Source: Gnetum montanum (taxonomy: Eukaryota > Plantae > Gnetophyta). From it: a stretch of 64,000 nt of DNA. The stretch lies in NCBI GenBank assembly GCA_015680685.1, contig MNCI01001065.1, positions 428,602 through 492,601 of the forward strand, read 5' to 3'. A program made the translations under genes and the position numbers. Positions within the stretch are counted from its first letter, which is position 1. Each line of letters starts with the position of its first letter. This document shows positions 23,566-35,086 of this stretch, in pieces. Below the pieces are notes generated by a model. That model saw nothing but the letters and a program-made list of their open reading frames with translations. It was not told the DNA's origin and did no database searches.

Positions 23566-24455
23566 TGATGAGCAATGAAGTAATCCAACAACCAACCATA
23601 TAAGTCATGAGTGTCCATGCATGACCCGATCATAATCCATGGATGAGGCAATGTTAATATGCTAGGAATTGGGCTAATTTTAAGACAGTTGTCTTCCCAC
23701 GTGGAGCTAGTGAAGTTTATGTGTATGGTTTAGATCATCATGAGGTATATGATAGCTAATGTTGTTTGGCCAATATTACTCTTAATGAACATGGTAAAAA
23801 TGAAAATGATTTCTAAGTCTAAGTAAAATAAATAAATTGTTCTATCCTAGCCTATGGCGATGAGCATTTTCTCCTGATCTTCCATATATACTTTGGGCTT
23901 TGTATAACCACTACTAGAATATCAAGTGTACTGCTACTGGGTGTACTAAGCAATAACATCACTGGGTTACCAAGCAATTACACTTAAGTACTCAAGATCA
24001 ATTGTACTCATTCCACTTACTAATAACAGTAATAATAAAGTGCATGAAAAAGTAGAACATTAACTAAAAAATAGTAAACATTATTCTAAGTAAAACAATA
24101 ACCTAGAATAATGCTACAATAGTGAGAAATAGATCAATCATTATTTTTACTCACACTTGTGCCCAAGTACAAGATGTTCAAATAAAGATGTTGTTCACTA
24201 AGTCACACTACACTGCAGGCATTCACTCTTTTAATTGCTAAGCCTAAGTGCATGAAACTAAATTGCAAGAGTTTTTTTACTAGTGGAATGAAACTTATGT
24301 GGATTGTGCATCCAAGTGTCATATTTATAAGGCTACACACATCCCAAGATATCGTATCAATGATGATGCAACATGTACCATAATACCAAATAAACAACAT
24401 CGTTGATGCAATATCATTGTTACATATCATTGGTGATGAAAAATTAACATTATCA
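23566..24455 (-). repeat. Element A 5' LTR
   Basis: TG...CA, PBS adjacent at ~23547-23565. Confidence 0.92.
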
Positions 24456-27400
24456 ATAGTCATCAATGAAATTTATGAAGTAGGAATATCCTAAAAGATT
24501 TTTATAGCCATGGGACCACATAAATATAAATGCACAAGTTCTAGCTTTTCTTGTGCACCCCAAATACTAGTAGGAAAAGAAGCTCAACAAGATTTTCCAA
24601 GTATAAGAGCATGACATTGAGGCATAGACTTTGGAATAGTATGGAGACCAACATATCCATTCTTCTTCATAGTTGTAATGTTCTGAATATCGGTGTATCC
24701 TAAATATACATGCCACAACATGAATGTAGAGAAAATTTTATTTTTAATAAGACAAACTCGATCAATTAATCAGACTTAATCATGAAGACAAAGAAGAGGT
24801 CCACTATGATATCTCATTATTACTTCAATTCCTTGAGAGGTTTGTATGCTAGCTCCTTGGGATGAGACAATAGACTTGATATAATCCATTTTAGCTAAGT
24901 GTGTTAATGATAATAGATTTGAGCTTAATCAAGGCACATCAAGAACATCATATAAAATATAATCTTTATGACCAAGAAGTTGGAGATTTATAGTTCCATG
25001 ATTTATAACTTCAATAAATCCTTGATCTTCTAAGTATACATGACTACACTAATCAACAAAACTTTGAAAGTAGTCATGATGTAGTGTCATATGCTTTGTG
25101 CCACCCAAGTCCATAATCCAAGATTTTGAGTGAGGAACATGATGAGAGATACACTTGTTCCAATTTTTTGATTATGTCTTTTGGATTAGTAACTACTATA
25201 TTGGCATAATCATAATTTTTCTCTTAAGATGAATCAACAATCTTTGAGACATTGTTGGCAGAAATTTTTTGAACTCTATCCCAACTGGTTGTACAAATCT
25301 TTGTAACATGTCAAAACTTTTCACATCTTTCAAATTGGACCTTGATCTTATTTTGTTGTTTAGATTGTTTTTTTTTCTCACCTTATCCTTACTCTTGATA
25401 TATCAACTTAGAAGAACTAAACATGGAGTTTTGACCCTTACCTTTACTTTTCAATATGCCCTTTCCTTTTCCTTGATTCATGACTTACATTGAAGGCTGA
25501 GTTAGAATTCATTGTATAACTAGTTTTAGCAATAATGAGACCCTTGTTAAGCATTTCAAAAGTCATAGTCAAGAAATTTCCACTAGCATGCAAAAATAAG
25601 ATGTAGCTTTACATGTGTGGATCGTAAAGAAAATATCTAATAAGATTGTAGTAACGTAATTCGAATTAGGATCAATCTTCTTCACCTTCATCTTAATTTC
25701 TTTAATCTGAGCATACAGTTGTCGCATGCATCCTAGTTCATATTTTAATGTATTCATATTAGATAGAAAATGTACAATTTTCATGTTATTCTTTGAATAG
25801 AAAGCATCTTGCAACAACTTATAATTTTCATATGTTGTAACTGTTGGATTAAGTAACTTTTGATGTTCACATGAAAGAGCTCTCCTAATTGATGCTTTTA
25901 TAATAAAGTCATTTTCTTTCTATACCATCTCCTTTTCAACATCTGTAGAAGGTGTGTGCATGGTCTCAAGATGTTTGGTGTAGAGACCATATATGGTAAG
26001 TATCATTCCACTTTTCCCAAGTATCTGAATCAAGTAATGAAGATTATATTTCCTTTTGAATGGCAACAACAACAATAGGATTTAATGACTCAATTTTTGA
26101 CATCGTACAATACACACATGTTAAAAAATTAGAATTTCTTTCCACCTCGTATGACCAAGGTCGATGTAAGAATGAATGGCACAATGGTTTTGAGGGTCTT
26201 TTTCCCTTTTAATCAATCCTAAAAAACCTCCTGTCTAGGTTAGGAAAAGGATCATTATTATCCTTTTTCAAAGGCACTCTTTCGAGTTTTAACCTTCTAG
26301 TCAATGCTTCTTATAGCCTAAAAACATGTATTTTGAACAAACGTGCCTGTAAAAATGATATTTGTCATTAGTGAGATGCTTCGTCTATGTGAAGTTGCAT
26401 GCCCACAAATGCAATGTTGATAAAGAAAAGAAAAACTTGAAAAAAATCAATAGATATAAAACTTTTCTTAGTGAACTATGTTTCAGTTACCTACACAAAG
26501 TGGCTACCTATGACTTGTACCAACCAAGAGAAAGTTTACATCTGAACCTTCAAATTAAAAGAAAAGAGAAACCAAACCCAAGCCCACATAGATATTGCAC
26601 AATCTTGGAAAATTCTAAGATACTAAGATAGATGATTACTTTCAATATGTAGGGAAAAGTGTTAAACTATAACTCAATTTGATATATATTAATAATATAT
26701 GTTAAATACATTATATAAGTTAATTATATTCAACACAAAAAATAACAAAGTACTAAATACATGAAAATACACAATTCACACAAGTGCATAATAAGCCAAA
26801 GGATCTTGTTCTACATTCAGAAGGATTATAAACCTACCCAAGGCATCTTGCTCCACATCCACACAAGGTAAAAAAAATCTTAAGATTAAATACACTAAAG
26901 TTGAAAACCACACAAGGTAAAAAAAAACTTATATATATGTGTGTTTTTAAAAAAGAGAGTATTCAACCATTGATATGATTCAGTTAGCAATGATGATAAC
27001 ATGCATAACAATTATAAAGTCAAACAAAACTTCACACTAACAAAGCATTTTTCTGATTCCCAATAATGATGATAAAACAGATTTCTTACGTCTTTGCTTG
27101 CTTGGGTGCTACACGCTGTGGCCTTCTATTTGTGATAGACTGTACATCTACACCAATGCAACAGATGAAGCGGAAGTCCTCCATTACAATACAATCAAAA
27201 CATCTCTGTCAACGGCAACAATGGCAGGAGAAGATTCAGTTGCAATGGTGGTGGTGGTGCTGCTGGTGTTGTAGGCATAAGCAGCAAACACAAGGCTAAA
27301 GTGAAACCACCAACAACGTATGTTTTGGGTAGGGCTAGAATTTCAGAATTTCCAAACATGAACGTATATGTCCCATTAAATTCCAACCCTGATTCTGGGA

Positions 27401-27660
27401 CCGATAGCTGAAAGTGACGTGGAGTGCTAGAATTTTCATTTATGTGCAGAAATAAAAAAATCTGCTCGAAATTTCTGTTTCCACTGTAAAAAATAAAAAT
27501 AGAGAGCAACAACATATAAACAAAAAGCAATATGAGAGAGAAAGGAGAGATCTTTAAGCAGGAAAAAATTGAAACTGCTTCACTGTGAACAAAAATGAGA
27601 GACCTCCAAACTCCAAAGCAAAAAATATTGAAGGTCAAGCACCAACCATCAAATCAACCT

Positions 27661-27945
27661 TGTGGTCCAATACTACATGATAACATAACAGTTAGCCAAT
27701 GAATGGAATGCACATGCTTCATTACTGAAACATATAAATGAATCATACAAAGATAAATTGAAGATCATAACCCCAATATATAGCTAAAGAAGAACTAAAA
27801 ACTAACTCCAACATAAAATAGAAAGATTCCAAAGAAAAGAAGAAAATAGGCAATAGAGTTACCAAAATGAAGGAAAGAAGAGGAAGAAAAGCTCTAAAAG
27901 AAAGAAAGAAAGAAAATTACAAATTGAAACAACTATAATAGGTTA
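27661..27945 (-). repeat. Copia-family LTR copy (probable 5' LTR)
   Basis: Aligns with 8710-8970, for example ACATATAAATGAATCATACAAAGATAAATT and CTCCAACATAAAATAGAAAGATTCCAAAG. Ends are degenerate. Confidence 0.7.
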
Positions 27946-27949
27946 GTGC

Positions 27950-29450
27950 ACTAGATTGCTCAAGGTCATGCCTTCTTTTTCAATGGAATTTTCTAGGTTT
28001 AGTAGGTCATCTAGTGCCTTCACATTGAGGTTGGATCCATGCTGCTCCCTTGTTCATTTGCTCAAGGTCATGCATTTTTTTTCAATGGAATTTCTAAGTT
28101 TAGTAGGTCATCTAGTGCCTTTACATTGAGGTTGGGTCCATGCTACTCCCATGTTCATTTATGTTATGGCTTGTCCTTATTGATCTTGATTAAAACTACA
28201 TGATCTAGAGGTTGTAATCAGTGCTAAGCTAGTTGGTATTAGATCTTCACTTCTAATGTTGAACTTGTTATCATTGGTGGATTTGGATTTAGCAATTCAT
28301 GCAAGGATTGTGATCTTTGTTTTATATGCTTGGGCATCTTTATTCCATTAGGATGGGACAAGTTGGCTCCTTGCAATGCATTGGCCATGGCAATTCCCTC
28401 AGCAATGATTTTTCTTACTAAGTTTCCTACTAAAGTTTTACCATGCAAAGCCTCCATGGGGATTTTGGTTAGGTTCTTTGGCTAGGAGTTCTAGATAAAT
28501 TTTCCCTATGTGACTTGCTTGTAGGTAAAATTGGCATCTATTAGAAATTTTTTTAAAAACTAACTTCTATTTGATACTATAATGTGCTCCTTCCACAAAT
28601 TTGCATCAAGTGGAATATGCATCTAGATTTGGGTATCTATAAGACTTGATTTTAAAGTTGTCACATAATTCATGATTATAATCTTATTGAAAAGTCAAGT
28701 GATAAAAAAACCCTCCTTGTCTCATAGCTCTATTGGGAACCTAATAAGTCATTTCCAAAAGAAGAAGGACTACATCATGTGTTAATTCTCTAAGTGATGG
28801 ATGAATATTCTTGGGGGTTTTTTTAATAATAAATGTTGCTCCTTGAAAGACTAGGGTCCTTTTGAGAGGACATCATGCACATCTTATTGTAAGTCAAATG
28901 AAAAAACCATGATGTTATTCTTCATTGGGGTAATTCTGAGGTGATATCCAAACCATAGCTTGTATGCCCATTCAGAAATTCTTTCTAATGTGGGAACTCT
29001 TCCAAAAAATAAACCTATGAGCATATGGACATACCTATAGCCCTGTTGCTATGTGATGTGTTTTGATATTTCTAGATGTGCCTTGTCATTCTCTTTCATC
29101 ATGATAAAGTCATTGCTTATTGTCTAGGCCACATCCTTCTTAGAGTTTATCTTTAGAACCTACATGCATGTCCTTTATATCCCAAAGACCATATCCATGA
29201 ATGATAATTTAAGGATATTGGCCATGTGAAAATAGTTGATCTAAAAATCTTGAGGTGTAGTTTGTGATTGATCTGCAAGGCCAAATCTCTAAGTTTTATT
29301 TTCTTTTTCCTTATGAAGGTTTTGCTGGTATCCTACTTATTTGTGTCCTCCTCCTCTGCCTTAACTATTCCTTCTTAACCTCTTCAATTTCCACCCAAGC
29401 CACGTGTCTATGATATACCTAAGTTACCTACTCTACAAAAGTTGCTACTT
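27950..29450 (-). mobile_element. L1 LINE ORF1 remnant (DUF4283-like)
   Basis: Minus-strand FFGRVPTLERISEWAYKLW (~29000), VLSKGP*SFKEQHLLLKK (GPW motif, ~28850) and a degenerate zinc knuckle (~28665). Contains a 102-bp tandem duplication at 27958-28160. Confidence 0.65.
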
Positions 29451-29499
29451 CCTCTACTATCTCCTGATGACTTGGCCATTTTTGTTACAAGGCCTACCT

Positions 29500-32100
29500 G
29501 GTTGGAATATTATGATGATATATTTTTAGATATTTTGATGTTATTTTCATATATGTATCAAGTTCCATTATTATGCATAATGATCTTGTAAGATGTATTA
29601 GATAAAATTTTGTGAGTAGCAGTACAATTAATGAAATGATTATGATGACATGCTAGTTGGTTGTTTAATCAATCTTTTATCTAGAATTCCAATGAGCAGG
29701 TTAGAAGTTGGGGGTCCTAGGTTGGAACATGTAAATTAGAAGTGGGATTATAAAATTTATCATGGAAATAAGTTAAAATTATAATTTAATTTTTATTAAT
29801 ATAAACCTAATTTATTTCTTTCCTTTCCATGATTATGCAATTTCCCACTTTTAAGTAGAACCTTTACTTGTCCACTTTCTTGTGATTCTCTATATATATT
29901 GGTAGTTCTAGAATTGTTTAGAAGTTGGTCTCACAGTAGTAGCAATTTTGGAAGTTTTGGTAGAACAAAGATGAAGTTATGCCTATGTTAATACCTCATT
30001 GCTATCATTTTTATCTTTAGAGACTTCAATTAGTTCAATGGGTAGTTTTTACATTTTTCTTTGATTTTTTCTACTTTGGAATAGTTATGCATATTCATGA
30101 ACCAAAATCTATGGAACAGTTAGTAGAGTAGATGAATGATTTCATTGTTTCTCATCTTATGTAAAAATGGTGTGTTCTTATTATATTTAGAATTGCATAC
30201 ATCAAAAATTATGTGTTTTGGATTTAAATGGATACTTTAAGTGATTATATCTAGACATTACATACACTCTTTAAAGCTATAAATGCCATATTATAGCTTC
30301 TTGGGGATGTGCAAGTTGTGTTTAGATGTTAGATTTCTATGGGAATTTAATGTGCTTGCTTATCATTTGTTCAGAGCCATGTGGTTTTCTTGTTTTTATT
30401 ATTTATACTCTAATCATGGATTATGCTAGGACCTTGGTCTAGTCATACTAGGTTTTTGTCAGATTATGAGTCACGATGTCCTTGTGGTGATGGTTTTTAG
30501 TAGAGTTTTGGGTCATGGTATTCTCACAACATAGTAGCATTAATAAGGATTAGTTAATGTGAATTGTGATAGTGCTATAGTGAGGTCATAGTGGAAACTA
30601 TGGTTTTTCTATTATGCATTTTTTAGTTATTAAAGAAATCTATGCTTAGATCATGGCTAACTCACAATGGATGCTACAACCCCATTGAAAGTCATGGTTA
30701 GCTTACGTTTGAAGATTTCTAAAAGTTCATAAGCCATGGTTTAGTCATGGTAGAATACTTTGAGGTAATTGATCCCCTAGTATCACTAGTTATAAACTTG
30801 AAATAAATAACCTTAAGTTGAGCATGAGGACTTCTTCTAGATGAGTATGAATGCATGAGGTTACTTGTATGATGTGGACAAGACCTATAGCACCATGTGT
30901 TTAGGTTGATAAGAATGGTATGTATATGGATTAGGATAGTTAGCATTTGCTTCCATTATGAATTTTGACATGTATGTGTGTTGATTATGAGTGTGGATAT
31001 GGTATTTATAAATGCATAAGTTAAGTTTATTTAGCATTTCTATAGTAAGTTAGATTAATATAGGATATTGGATGATGCATGCAGCATGAGTTACTTATGA
31101 TCATTAATTTGGCACAAATGCATAATTGTGCATGTAGTAGGGATTACTTGTGACTATGTAACAAGTGAATCTAACATAAGAGATTGGAACAATTGGTGAT
31201 AAGCTACTCTAGAGATAGTATTCGGCTGGCCTCCAATAAGATGCATTAGTAAGGCTTCTTCCCCACGCCTCATCCTAGGAGTAGGAGAGCAAAGGTTTGA
31301 TAGTTCCTATGGATGGTATTAGGTCTAGGAGAGCCTCAGACTATATCTGTGGCCTATCCTCTAGAAGGCTAGTAGCTTTGAATCACAAGTTAACAAGTAG
31401 TAGCATTGGTATTAATAATAAAGACTAATAAAAGACTTTCAAGCACATGATAGAGATAAATACTCATGATAATAAATGCATGTTTTTATACTAAGTGTAG
31501 ATTTATCGGTTGCCATAGGAATTAATGGTTATACATAGATTTCTTTTTAAGTTGGTTTGGCTATGTATTAGCACAAGTAGCAATGTGAGCTATTATGATT
31601 AAAAATTGACATGATTTCAAAAAGTTGTGGTGATGGGTTATGCTTACTTGATTGTTATGATTTAGTTGATCACATTAAGGCTTGGATGTGGTATGATGTA
31701 TGAATGATTACAATATATTTTTGTTAGCATCATGTTTGGTTCAACATACTATTATTGGGATTGTAAGTAGCTTTGTGAGATGATGCACTTACGATAATGC
31801 TATTGATATCCATGGGTATGTGTGTATGCTTGATTATAGACCAACCTTATTGTAAGTTGCTATTATCCCTATTATTGTTATCCAATGCAAATTCCTTTAA
31901 ACATCCATTAGGAGAAGTGTAAAGGCTCTTCATTCAATTTATACTAACTATATTTTATGCAAGTGATGCAGTGAAAAGTACTTGAGGATAGTAAAATTGA
32001 GAGATAGAATGAAGACATGCTTCCTTGGTGTATAGTTGTACTTGTTAGACCTAGAAAATTTTATTGTTGAAACAAAAACTAGAGTGTCAAAATAATTTTA
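29500..32100. repeat. Long decayed non-coding repeat, possibly a solo LTR of a large-LTR Ty3 element
   Basis: Strongly CG/CWG-depleted, TG-rich, no recognisable coding motifs. Termini not identified. Confidence 0.3.
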
Positions 32101-32149
32101 GCCTTGAATCCCAACAGCTTCTAGAAATGGAATTCAAGGTTCCCTTGAT

Positions 32150-32950
32150 GGTCTGGCCGATCACCCAAGGACTTACCAAGTGTCAAATGAAAACATAAAC
32201 ATAAATGGAATTGCAAATTTGGTATGAAAAAGGATAGAAATGGAAACGTGAAATTAGATTTGCACCAAAATGAACTACTACTTTATTATAATGGAAAATA
32301 AATTTATAGGTTCAAAAAGTACAGATTTCATGCTAATTGCACAAGAAGTTGCTTGAGGGAGTCTGAAGTCTATTGAAGCTTGCAAGCGATATTTTGCAAC
32401 AACTCCACAATATAGATTCTTCCTAACTCTAATTTCTAACAACCCTACATTGGTTTCCATCGAGATTAGTAACTTATGCTCACAAATTGGTGTTCCACCT
32501 TTGGTGCAATGGTCTTACATGGGAGTCACTATGTCCAATGTAGGTACCAATTTTCACTACCAAAGGGATTGTAATGTCACTAGGACTCTTGGTTGCAAAA
32601 ATGCTTTTAGGCTATAGAAAATGCTCCAAGTTGGGAACTGGAATAAAGTGTCTACATTGGATTTATATAGGCCATGGATTTGCCTATTTTTGGCTCTACA
32701 CATTACTATCATGATTACTAACAAATTGATGTCAATTTGCAGGTTACAACAACTACAATCCTTAGTGTAGTTATGATTATGATAAATTTGAAATACACTA
32801 TAGCCACCAAAGCCCATCTATTTACTATAAATAGTAAATAGACTTTTGTGACTATGCTAGCATCATCATCAAGTCTTGGTGCTTAAAATCTTCATATTGC
32901 CCTTTCTCTACACCACCATAACCTAGCCACAACCTCCTTACATAACTCGC
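32150..32950 (-). mobile_element. Possible second degenerate L1 ORF1 fragment
   Basis: Weak resemblance of ORFs 32557..32817 (LFQFPTWSIF...PRVLVTL) and 32278..32460 to the W.P.F...PVWV.L and ARxCV regions of L1 ORF1. Confidence 0.25.
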
Positions 32951-33631
32951 AGTCTGATTGCATACATAGGAAAGGTAGAAAAAACAAAGACCTCTAGTTA
33001 AAATGATCTCATAGGGGTTTAGGTAGCTCCCTTTTCAACCAACATTCTAATCAAATGAGTAATGCTAAACCATAAGAATAATATGCATATGTTAAAAGCA
33101 AAGTATTCCAACTACTTGTAATTACAACTTGAAGGGGCCAACTACTAGAGTAACGATAATAGCATGATTGTGGGTGTACTAATTTTCAATAAATCGAGAG
33201 CCACAACCATTATTATATGCCTTAAAAGAAATTTTTAAATAAGATTAATGGTGAGTATTTCAGTGAAATACCTTTGATTGATGGTATCAGATAGAATTGT
33301 AAATTCTCTCTTAGTGTTTTAATAGTGCAAAGAGTTTTTTTTTTTTAAAAAGTATATCCATAAAGTAGACAGTGCATATGATGATAATGAAGCATTCAAC
33401 GTCCATTTTGAAATAAAGTTTAGGTGTATAAGTTGCTATCAGTGTCATTACTATAATAAACGATGACTTAATTTTAAAATACAGAAGCATCTCACCATCC
33501 TTAGTTTTGTTGAAGGAATGGACAAAATTACAAGGGTCTAATGAAAAGAGCCCAAAGTAGCTAGAAATCAGTGGATATCATTGTTGTTTTGTTATTTGCT
33601 GGTTAAAAATACAAACTGCTAAACTTACTAT

Positions 33632-35086
33632 TGTTGATTTATAAATTTTAGACACATCAACACCTAGAAAAACTCATTTAGGGAGACTATTGCCTAGGGT
33701 GCCTCTTGTATGGGTACAGAAACCTGGGAATAGTCTCAGCTAGAAGGGCAACATGGTGTTTAATAAAACATGATGTTCAAGATGCCAGTAAATTAAATGA
33801 TTTAATATGTAACCAAAAATAGTAGTCCAAACAACTTTAATAGGAAAATAACTATTCATTTTAAAATGTTAACAAGGGTACTGTTGCATTAATGAAATGT
33901 GGGAAGAAAAGCATGGAATAACTCACATAAAGAATAAGCAAAGTTTTTAAAAGAAACACAAGCCCTATGCAACAGAGACCATAGCTTAGTTACAAAAATT
34001 TTAAAAGTAATAGCCTGAAATGATAACTTAGCTTAGAAACGAGGACAAATTGAATGACTTCTAGTGGCTATGACTAAGCTAAGGCTACCATCACTGGTAA
34101 CATCCTACATGACTGCTTGTCATCCACCACCACGCACTCTACATGCCTATCAACATACAATGCTAATCTCACCACTTGCCATCCACCACCTACTATAGTA
34201 CTAGAGGGAGACAAAGATCTTCGGCCACCCCTTATCATCACACTACCTATTGCTAACCACACCTGCTACTAACACAACCACTACCGCTACAGCCACTAGG
34301 AGCTATTGTGGATGCTGCTGTCACTAACATCATCCGTAGTTGTCATACATGCCTACTATCTTCCACTGATTAGTCCCTTCCTAACCACTGGCTACGACTC
34401 CCACCACATGCCTGCACTATCTACTAGTTGACTACTACTGTCGCTATTGACCAAATAGTTGACACACCCCTATAATGTCACCACGCACTATTGAGAAAGA
34501 GAGAGAGAAAGAGAGAGAGAATGCTTGTTGACTCACAAATGTGCTCCACCTAGCCAATCTTTGTCCCCCTTCCAAAGAGAGATCCTCTCCCTTTTATAGG
34601 CCTCTCCCCATCACCCTTGAATGCCCACATCCACCACTAATGTCAGTTACATCCACCACCATTGGTTACATCCACCTCTTTCACTATTGCATTTGTAACA
34701 TTCACCATTTGCCTAGGTCAATTACACCATGTCATCCATGTTCTTCATCATGTTCGTAGCTACAATGTAACCACTCACGTCCGCCACCACTAGGCATAAT
34801 TATCTACCACCACCAAGCGTAATGTCCACTTCCACACATTTCTGGGTGAGCATACTTTGCATTTGATTTTTGACAAACAAGGTCATTAACTACATCTCTA
34901 GATATCCATTTCCCTCTATAAATTCTTTAGGCAAACTGGCTTCTTGCATTCTAGTGTTTGGTCTCAAGATTTGAAAGTTCTTACCGTTTAAAGACAAGGA
35001 CCTTAATGATAATTCAATCTTTACCCTAGTAATTAGACTAATAAGTCATGGCCTCATGCCTAGCATGGATGATGTTGGCATCAACA
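33632..35086 (-). repeat. Tat-like element 3' LTR (internally deleted)
   Basis: Aligns with 40290-42410 but lacks about 40868-41478 and has only one copy of the 118-bp unit. Confidence 0.88.

Larger units (their letters stand above)
11545..24455 (-). mobile_element. Athila-like Ty3/gypsy element A (12.9 kb, two LTRs, gag-pol plus 3' extra ORF), decayed
   Basis: LTRs 11545-12394 and 23566-24455 (TGATGAG...TATCA). TSD ATAGC/ATAGT. PBS TTGACACCATTACCAAGGA is a deaminated TTGGCGCCGTTGCCGGGGA. PPT ATGGGGGTA. gag in ORF 22290..22499; protease ~20540-20760; RT KDHFPLPF and MPFG; integrase YHPQENGQVEVTN (18028..18255) and GPY/F-like tail (17533..17955). Confidence 0.93.
8681..27945 (-). mobile_element. 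Decayed Ty1/copia LTR retrotransposon interrupted by a nested Ty3 element
   Basis: gag ~26103-25200; protease WIMDLGGTKHMT ~25100; LELVHLYLCGPM ~24530; FIDDY|SQCRWIYLIK split at 24456/11544; TPQQNGVAER ~11330; RT in ORF 9801..10232; RNase H QILDIMTKPL ~9110. Pairing with the 27.7-kb LTR is probable, but no TSD or PBS was confirmed. Confidence 0.8.

Noticed and set aside
27195-27638. 147-aa hydrophobic ORF as a membrane protein
   Set aside because: Non-ATG start; composition is explained by T-rich UTR-like sequence; no recognisable family.
33282-33291. TGGTATCAGA PBS-like motif
   Set aside because: No LTR end (CA) immediately upstream and no gag downstream.
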